From contig CP091279.1 of NCBI GenBank assembly GCA_021650915.1, forward strand, positions 2,340,001 through 2,372,000: a stretch of DNA of 32,000 bases, read 5' to 3'. Each line of letters opens with the position of its first letter. Position 1 is the first letter of the stretch. Source of the DNA: Candidatus Brocadia sp. (GTDB taxonomy: Bacteria; Planctomycetota; Brocadiia; Brocadiales; Brocadiaceae). The position numbers and the translations under genes are program-made. The notes beneath the pieces are model-generated. The model worked only from the letters and a program-made list of their open reading frames with translations, was not told the origin of the DNA and did not search any database. Positions 26,031 through 32,000 of this stretch are shown here, in pieces.

Positions 26031-27251
26031 ATGAAGTCATCAGAATTTATTATGAAAGACAGCGCTGGCGTCAGAACGGTTCCTGTAGACGCAATCGCCT
26101 TTCTTCAAGACAACGTTGCATGGAATAGGGTAAGCTTCTGTATTCAGGATGGTAAAATTCTATCATGTGAATCTCGAAACGATCCAGCACAATTTTTTGT
26201 AACGCCAGGTTTCGTTAACTGCCATATGCACTGGCTGATGCTCGGCGAGCCAACGCTGGAAAGAGAAATTGAATTGATGAAAAACAGGCCTGATGAGATG
26301 ATCGATATCATGGTGGAAAATGCGCGATCCACGGTCCTCAAAGGCATCACGGCGTGTTGTGATAAAGGCCCTCCTGGACTGGAAACCCACCGGATATATC
26401 AGGGATTAAGAACGGCAAAATCCTGTGGATTGCCGGTGCCAAAGACCCTGGTGTCAACATGGACGATATCGGTGGATGGCGCCTTTGCAAGCCCGCTTTC
26501 CCGGCGTGTGTACAGTCAGAATGAGCTGGAACAAGTAATCCGGGAATTACACGAAACGGGGGCCGGCATCATGAAGATTATACCGGAATCAGGATTGCGC
26601 CTTGCGCAGTTCACGTATGACTGGGTGTTTCCGGAGGCGTATTTTGCCGTAGCAAGGGAGATGACTGCCAGGCTCGGACTGATACTCGCCATTCACGCGA
26701 AAGGCCCAGAGTCCATCGGGATGGGATTGAAGTACTCCGTGGATTGCATTGAACATGCGACAGAGGCTTCCGTAACGCAGCTTAAAGAAATGCAGGGCAA
26801 GGGGATTTATCTCTCACCAACCCTGGAAGGCCTGTGGTGCCGCCTGAACTATGCAACGAGCGCCGGTTCGGGCGTTGCAACGGCGGCTTTTGAATGGGGA
26901 AATGCCACACAGATGTTCCGCAATGCCGTTGTGCTGAACAACGGCAAACCATTCACGCATTTTCTCTTTGGTTCCGATGCAGGTAGTGCGTGCACCCCTC
27001 ATGCCTCACTCAGGGAATTGTATCTTATGAGAAAATTGGGCTTGCCGGCAGAAGATTGTTTGCGGGCCGCCATGGTTAACGGCGCCCGGTTCATGAAATT
27101 GCACGGGTCCATCGGACAATTGACGCCGGGATATTGCGCCGACATGATCTTCTGGCGCCGAAATCCGCTGGAACTTGATGTGGCAGACTGGGAGCACCTT
27201 GACCAGTACATCGCAGCCGTAATGCTTGACGGGAATCTGATAGAACCGTAA
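26031..27251 (+). CDS. amidohydrolase-superfamily metal-dependent hydrolase
   Basis: 406-aa ORF. GFVNCHMHW (HxH), AIHAKG, CIEHAT, FGSDAG (Asp) in the usual amidohydrolase order. Confidence 0.8.
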   Translation: MKSSEFIMKDSAGVRTVPVDAIAFLQDNVAWNRVSFCIQDGKILSCESRNDPAQFFVTPGFVNCHMHWLMLGEPTLEREIELMKNRPDEMIDIMVENARSTVLKGITACCDKGPPGLETHRIYQGLRTAKSCGLPVPKTLVSTWTISVDGAFASPLSRRVYSQNELEQVIRELHETGAGIMKIIPESGLRLAQFTYDWVFPEAYFAVAREMTARLGLILAIHAKGPESIGMGLKYSVDCIEHATEASVTQLKEMQGKGIYLSPTLEGLWCRLNYATSAGSGVATAAFEWGNATQMFRNAVVLNNGKPFTHFLFGSDAGSACTPHASLRELYLMRKLGLPAEDCLRAAMVNGARFMKLHGSIGQLTPGYCADMIFWRRNPLELDVADWEHLDQYIAAVMLDGNLIEP

Positions 27252-27291
27252 TGAACCAGGCTGCCTTCGGTGCTTTTAACCTCTCCTCATT

Positions 27292-27437
27292 GGTAGGACA
27301 AGCGTCCACGCTTGTCACCATAATGTCAGGCGAGGACGCCTGACCTACCTCCTGGGCATGGTCCGCCTGCCGGACGGGCAGGGGTAGTCGGCTTTTTGGT
27401 GGGGGGATATCCACCCCCTAACCCCCGCCAGCGGGGG
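27292..27437. repeat. cluster of five GC-rich hairpin/palindromic units
   Basis: GACAAGCG-TCCA-CGCTTGTC (27297-27316) and GTCAGGCG-AGGA-CGCCTGAC (27325-27344) are enclosed by GGTAGG (27292-27297) / CCTACC (27444-27449). Then CCTGCC-GGACG-GGCAGG (27366-27382), a GGTGGGGGGATATCCACCCCC unit (~27398-27418) and CCCCCGC-CA-GCGGGGG (27422-27437). Confidence 0.75.
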
Positions 27438-27533
27438 ACACTCACGTGCTACGCGTTCTATTTTGTTCGGATTAAATTCAAATGTATGGATTTTTCAAAA
27501 GCTAAATTGTTATCTTTTTCATTCTGAGACGCT

Positions 27534-28298
27534 ATGGAAATCTGGCAGTTTTTCGTTGTCTTTGCCGTTGGCGCACTAGCAGGATTTATGAACGTCCTTG
27601 CGGGTGGCGGCTCAATTCTTACCCTCCCCATGCTTATCTTCCTTGGGTTACCTCCGGCTGTGGCCAACGGCACCAACCGTCTGGCAGTGGTGGTACAGAG
27701 CATCTTTGCCGTTGCCGGGTTCCGAAGCAAGGGCGTCTCAGACTTTAAATCAAGCCTGATCTTATCATGTCCTGCGCTTCTCGGGGGCTTAATCGGAGCC
27801 CAGCTTGCTGTGGCAGTGTCCGATCAGGTGTTCAAAAAGGCGCTGGCCATCATTATGATATTCATTCTCGGATTCATCCTCTGGGACCCGATACGAAAAA
27901 AACATGACACTATTCACCACAAGGAAGACACATCACACCTCAGCACAAGCCGGCGCATAGCGATTATGTTCTTCTTGTTTTTTGCCGGAATTTATGGCGG
28001 CTTTGTTCAGGCAGGCGTTGGTTTCCTGATTATTATGGCGCTGAACATCATTGGTGGGTTAAATCTGGTAAAAACGAATAGTCACAAGGTATTCATCGTC
28101 GGCATCAATGCATTATTTTCCTTACTCGTATTCGTATTTCATAATAAAATATACTGGATTATAGGGCTGGTTTTGGCTGCGGGCAATGGCCTTGGAGGTT
28201 GGATAGGCAGCCATTTTGCCGTAAGTAAAGGCGAACGGTTTATCAGGGTCGTGCTTACCCTTTGTGTCATTGCCATGGTAGTAAAGCTTTTGATTTAG
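27534..28298 (+). CDS. TauE/SafE (TSUP, DUF81) family anion-exporter-like membrane protein
   Basis: 254-aa polytopic ORF. AGFMNVLAGGGSILTLPMLIFLGLPPAVANGTNRL and the repeated second half GGFVQAGVGFLIIMAL fit the TSUP 4+4 TM repeat. Confidence 0.8.
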   Translation: MEIWQFFVVFAVGALAGFMNVLAGGGSILTLPMLIFLGLPPAVANGTNRLAVVVQSIFAVAGFRSKGVSDFKSSLILSCPALLGGLIGAQLAVAVSDQVFKKALAIIMIFILGFILWDPIRKKHDTIHHKEDTSHLSTSRRIAIMFFLFFAGIYGGFVQAGVGFLIIMALNIIGGLNLVKTNSHKVFIVGINALFSLLVFVFHNKIYWIIGLVLAAGNGLGGWIGSHFAVSKGERFIRVVLTLCVIAMVVKLLI

Positions 28299-28364
28299 GC
28301 ACCTTTTCAAGACGAAAATACCGGAAGCGCGTGAAATCATTCCGTCCCTGGGGAAAAACAGACT

Positions 28365-29270
28365 TCATCCGGCATCGCTTTCTTTGCGCATAAGCTTCTT
28401 CCTCAAACCCTGAGATTTCGGGAGACGATCGGGGATTGATTGGAGTTTTTGCAGCAGCCTTAAATTATCTTCGCTTCTTGTGTCCCTTTCCGGAATTTCT
28501 AATATTTTTGGAATATTCAGAAACCTTGGGTCTCTCATGAGGGCATGAAACATTTCCAGCCCCAATTTCCCTTCCCCAATGCAGGCATGGCGGTCACTGC
28601 GGGAACCGAGGCCCGTCCGTGAATCGTTAATGTGAATTGCCTTTATTTGCCTGATGCCAACAATTCTGTCAAATTCACGAAGAACGGCTTCGTAGCCCTT
28701 ATACCCCCTGATATCGTATCCGGCTGCAAAGACGTGCGCGGTATCGAAGCATACGCCCATGAATTCCGGATGGTTCATTTCTTCAAGGAGGCAGGCGATT
28801 TCTTCAAAGGCAGAGCCTATCGACGTTCCCTGACCAGCCATGGTTTCCAGAAGTATTTGAGTTTTTGGATTGCCGCGCGTGTTTGAAATGGTATTGAGGG
28901 TTTCAATGGTTCTCTTCATGCCGTCTCCCTTATTTGAATCTCCGCAACTGCCCGGATGAAGGATCAGGAAATGTACGCCGAATTGTCTCGCCCTCGATAA
29001 TTCTGTCTTCAGCCGTTCCCGTGACTTTTGCTGAAGGTCTTTGTTGGAAGAGGCGAGATTTACCAGATAGGGGACGTGGGCAACTACTTTTTTGACCGGA
29101 CTGTCCTGCCAGGCAGCCTTGAATTTGAGCACCTCTTCGGATGACAACGCGGACACATTCCACCTGCGGGACAGGGTCACATAGATTTGAATACATTCGC
29201 ATCCCCATTTCCTGGCCCAGGAAAAGCCCTTCGGTAATCCGCCTACGGTAGAAACAGTGCATCCTAACAT
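28365..29270 (-). CDS. nfo: endonuclease IV (AP endonuclease family 2)
   Basis: ORF 28365-29306; I prefer the internal start MLGCTVSTVGGLPKG at 29270. HVPYLVNLAS, ILHPGS, LLETMAGQGTSIGSAFEE, CFDTAHVFAAGYD, HINDSRTGLGSRSDRHACIGEGKLG match Nfo blocks. Confidence 0.85.
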   Translation of the reverse strand: MLGCTVSTVGGLPKGFSWARKWGCECIQIYVTLSRRWNVSALSSEEVLKFKAAWQDSPVKKVVAHVPYLVNLASSNKDLQQKSRERLKTELSRARQFGVHFLILHPGSCGDSNKGDGMKRTIETLNTISNTRGNPKTQILLETMAGQGTSIGSAFEEIACLLEEMNHPEFMGVCFDTAHVFAAGYDIRGYKGYEAVLREFDRIVGIRQIKAIHINDSRTGLGSRSDRHACIGEGKLGLEMFHALMRDPRFLNIPKILEIPERDTRSEDNLRLLQKLQSIPDRLPKSQGLRKKLMRKESDAG

Positions 29271-29454
29271 AAACGGTATTATAGGTACCGGTTCGTATCT
29301 TTCCAATGAAATTTATCAGCACAACAACCACATCATGATGCACACCATGATGTGCGTCAAAAGGCAATAAAACCGATTTGATTACCACAAAACAATCCAT
29401 GCCAAAAAGGTCTTTTCTGGTATACATTCCAATGCATGTGATGGTTATCAACCA

Positions 29455-30036
29455 TCAGCCATATATCTCATCGGCATTCATATAAGATACAGCCCGCGCA
29501 ACAACTTCCGCCAATACTACTATGTCCTCAACACAGAATATCTTCGTTATGGTTTTGTCAAAAAGTATATTTGCCTCAGGGCCAAACTCTTCATCCGCTT
29601 TCCAGAGTTCAATTAGTATTGGGACACCTTCAAATGCTTCAATTACAATTGCTGCGTCTGCGCGGTTTGCCTTTTGAGCAGGTAAATTATGCAACACTGA
29701 AAATATATCGAATATATTATTCCCGTATCTTTTCAGTATCACATCAGTAGATCGCTTCTTAAACACATCGGCAAATCTGTTTATAGAAGAGAGTCCATTA
29801 AAACTGAGATATTCTCCGCTTACTACCGGTAAACCAGTTATCTTTTGCAATAAATAATGAAGGATTAGAACCGTTCTATGATCCTCTACTGGTGTATTAT
29901 TGGGCAACGATAATACTTGGCGGAGCTTAAAATTAACCATGTACTCATCATCAAGAAATTTGACTTTGTTATTATCTGATATGCTCGAACCTGAGAGGTT
30001 ATCCCAAGATCTTTTTATTGCTGATTCAAATTTCAT
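29455..30036 (-). CDS. DUF3786-domain protein
   Basis: 193-aa ORF. VLILHYLLQKITGLPVVSGEYLSFNGL..., AAIVIEAFEGVPILIELWKADEEFGPEANILFDKT... resembles the DUF3786 pattern (ILHYL, xLWxGDEEFP, ILFD) as I recall it. Confidence 0.55.
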   Translation of the reverse strand: MKFESAIKRSWDNLSGSSISDNNKVKFLDDEYMVNFKLRQVLSLPNNTPVEDHRTVLILHYLLQKITGLPVVSGEYLSFNGLSSINRFADVFKKRSTDVILKRYGNNIFDIFSVLHNLPAQKANRADAAIVIEAFEGVPILIELWKADEEFGPEANILFDKTITKIFCVEDIVVLAEVVARAVSYMNADEIYG

Positions 30037-30132
30037 GTTTCATGTCGAAGATTGTGCCATTTTTGTTTGATAACGATAAAACCCACCTGCCGCTATGGAA
30101 CGCAGCGGAATAGCGGTCAGGTGCAGCGTTTA

Positions 30133-30270
30133 TTAGGCTTTCTTCACCTTCGCTTTACGCTTTTTGGACAGCAGTGGAATCAAACAACGCAAAGCCCTAT
30201 TTACAGACTCCGAATCTGGGAAGTACGCTCGGATATCCGGTTCAATAATAACTGCCCCCTTTTCTGGCAT
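30133..30270 (-). CDS. possible 45-aa ORF (not in track)
   Basis: My translation of the minus strand: MPEKGAVIIEPDIRAYFPDSESVNRALRCLIPLLSKKRKAKVKKA. The V-x-[LI]-[DE]-P-D-[VI]-x-x-x-F-x-x-SE-x-VN-x-ALR-x-LI tail resembles small antitoxin-like proteins I have seen. In-frame stop 17 codons upstream of the ATG. Confidence 0.3.
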   Translation of the reverse strand: MPEKGAVIIEPDIRAYFPDSESVNRALRCLIPLLSKKRKAKVKKA

Positions 30271-30377
30271 AACTTCTTTATACTCGGGGAGTTCACAAAA
30301 TGTGATTTTAGATTGATAGATTTACAAGGAACGATATGATTTTTAGTGAGCGAGTGTCTAATTGCATAAGTTTCTTA

Positions 30378-30420
30378 CCTAAATCCTGCAAACAAGGCAA
30401 AGCCTTGTTGCAGGATTAGG
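30378..30420. repeat. 43-nt near-perfect hairpin next to the IS1380-family transposase gene
   Basis: CCTAAATCCTGCAAACAAGGC (30378-30398), AAA, GCCTTGTTGCAGGATTAGG (30402-30420). Two single-nt bulges. Lies 130 nt upstream of the transposase ATG. Confidence 0.7.
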
Positions 30421-30550
30421 TTAAAAATGGTAGAATCTCCAGGGGTTTCAAGGTATTGTAAGAACAAAAACACCGAAAAGGAGGTTCACCAATTCCATAA
30501 AGACTATAGCACAAAACGAGGAGAGAAGACAACCGAAAATCAAGACGGAG

Positions 30551-31837
30551 ATGAGTGGGAAGGGATTAACCGTGCATGCAGGACTCTTACCGGTACTGAC
30601 TTTCATGGGGAAGTTGTTATTCAGACAGAGAGTGCAAGAGACAGTACGTAAGGAGCGGGGGGCAAATGCACGGTATCAGATGGTTGATGGTGTGCAAATG
30701 GTCGTCGTGGGGTTGATAGCGGGAGCGACCTCGATGGTGCAGGTAGTGAAGGTGTGGTCGGATGAGGTACTGAAGAAGATACCGGGATGGAAAGAGATTC
30801 CCGTCGATAGCACGATAGGGCGTATTATGAAGCTGGTAAGTCCGGGGGATATTGTGGAACTGACGGGGATAATCCATCGATTCCGGGGACAGGTGTGGAA
30901 ACGGGCGGTGCGTTCAGGGCATACATTAAGAAGTGCGCTGAGCGATATGTGGATAGACGTTGATTCAACGGTGGACGGAGTCTATGGGGATCAGCAGGGT
31001 GCGGAAGTGGGATATAACCCCAAAAAGAAGGGACAGAAGGCGTATCATCCCATGATAGCATTTGTGGCAGAGACGAAAGAGATATTGCATAGTTGGTTTC
31101 GCTGCGGGAGCGCATACATGGGCAATGGGATTGTAGAGTTTATGAGGGAGTGTATGGCGTATACGAAGAAGCGGGTACGGGTGATCTTTCGGGGAGACAG
31201 TGGTTTTTTCTCGGGAGAGTTGCTGGATTACCTGGAGTCGGTATCCGCGGGATACCTTATCAAGGTGAAGCTGAAGAATCTGGTGGGGTTGCTCGAAGGG
31301 CAGAAGTGGGAGGCAGTGGAAGGGCATGCAGGGTGGGAGCAGGCAGATTTTACGTATCGGTGCGGTGAGTGGAATCGTGCAAGACGATTTGTGGCAGTAA
31401 AGAAGTTGATCAAAATCGAGAGAGGGGGGTTGTTTCCCATACCGGTGTATGAGTATTTCTGCTACGTTACGACGGAGCGGTTCGGTCCGATAGAAGCGCA
31501 TTGGTCGTATGGAAAGAGGGCGACCTGCGAGACGTGGATAGAAGAGTGTAAGAGTCAGATGAATGCGGGTCATCTGCGCACGGGTGAGTTTCTGGCAAAT
31601 GCGGCGTTATTTCAGTGTGCGGTGTTGGCGTATAACCTCTTGAAGTGGATGGCGCTGCTCACCGGAGGATTGGTGCAGCAGTGGGAAGTAAAGACGATGC
31701 GGTTGTGGTTGATTCGTGTTGCAGGGAAATTGACAAAGGGAAGCAGGCAGTTGACCTTAAAGTTGCCGGAGAAATTTCTTCATCAGGAAGAATGGCGGGC
31801 GTGGGAAGGCATGTCGCTGAGTGTGGCGTTCGGCTAG
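30551..31837 (+). CDS. IS1380-family transposase
   Basis: 428-aa intact ORF. IDVDSTVDGVYGDQQGAEVGYNPKKKGQKAYHPMIAFVAETKEILHSWFRCGSAY..., RGDSGFF, C-terminal MRLWLIRVAGKLTKGSRQLTLKL match the IS1380 pattern. Element ends not identified; the right end probably lies beyond the window. Confidence 0.8.
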   Translation: MSGKGLTVHAGLLPVLTFMGKLLFRQRVQETVRKERGANARYQMVDGVQMVVVGLIAGATSMVQVVKVWSDEVLKKIPGWKEIPVDSTIGRIMKLVSPGDIVELTGIIHRFRGQVWKRAVRSGHTLRSALSDMWIDVDSTVDGVYGDQQGAEVGYNPKKKGQKAYHPMIAFVAETKEILHSWFRCGSAYMGNGIVEFMRECMAYTKKRVRVIFRGDSGFFSGELLDYLESVSAGYLIKVKLKNLVGLLEGQKWEAVEGHAGWEQADFTYRCGEWNRARRFVAVKKLIKIERGGLFPIPVYEYFCYVTTERFGPIEAHWSYGKRATCETWIEECKSQMNAGHLRTGEFLANAALFQCAVLAYNLLKWMALLTGGLVQQWEVKTMRLWLIRVAGKLTKGSRQLTLKLPEKFLHQEEWRAWEGMSLSVAFG

Positions 31838-32000
31838 AAAGCAATTCTTGTCTTTGACTCCAGATATTTTGGGTGCTCAGAATGCAGCAGGTGAGGATGG
31901 TCTGTCTCCATCCCGGTTTTTGTTGCCCAGAATGGTTTTGGCAGGGCTATTTCCAGATTCTTATCGCCTGCCATGCCGCCCCGGGTAACTCCGCAAACCG

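Noticed and set aside
27091-27730. Minus-strand ORFs 27091-27414 and 27458-27730
   Set aside because: The first is a translation of the GC-rich hairpin cluster and the amidohydrolase antisense strand. The second is antisense to the TauE/SafE N-terminus.
28930-29451. 173-aa minus-strand ORF overlapping the nfo 5' region
   Set aside because: Different frame from the well-supported endonuclease IV ORF, and no motifs.
30052-30339. 95-aa + strand ORF
   Set aside because: No motifs, and it lies antisense to the more plausible 45-aa minus-strand ORF. Likely spurious.
1-32000. CRISPR arrays, tRNA, rRNA, tmRNA, RNase P, SRP RNA
   Set aside because: No regularly spaced direct repeats. The repeats present are palindromic and irregular. 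I saw no T-arm (GTTCRANYC) contexts or the conserved cores I know for these RNAs. A covariance-model scan would be needed to be certain.

Overview
Bacterial chromosomal window: two housekeeping blocks separated by a very dense patch of decayed mobile DNA. Left block (1-12.6 kb): partial DegT-family aminotransferase, small membrane protein, atypical kinase-like protein plus metallophosphoesterase, moaC, tyrA, a PurS-PurS-PurL fusion, a secreted LamG/DUF1080-like protein, an aconitase-family protein and a membrane-anchored NrfH/NapC-like cytochrome c with 11 CxxCH motifs. 13.0-24.5 kb holds the following. (1) A degenerate RT-encoding group II intron, cut in domain VI by an IS1634-like element that is itself broken by a ~218-bp palindrome-bearing insert. 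(2) A TonB-receptor 3' fragment. (3) An IS66-family element. (4) An IS5/ISNCY-like element. (5) An IS630 remnant split by a second IS1634-like element with recoverable TIRs and TSD. (6) An ORF-less group II intron segment with intact domains V and VI. Right block: VOC/DUF1338-like protein, amidohydrolase, TauE/SafE permease, endonuclease IV, DUF3786 protein, IS1380-family transposase. Several palindromic repeat families (many framed by GTAGG...CCTAC) occur. One is a 151-bp MITE with 24-bp perfect TIRs and an 8-bp TSD. Another sits in-frame inside purL. I recognised no rRNA, tRNA or CRISPR array. The gene content hints at a multihaem-rich anaerobe; an anammox-type planctomycete is only a guess. 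All calls rest on reading the sequence and ORF translations; no searches were run.
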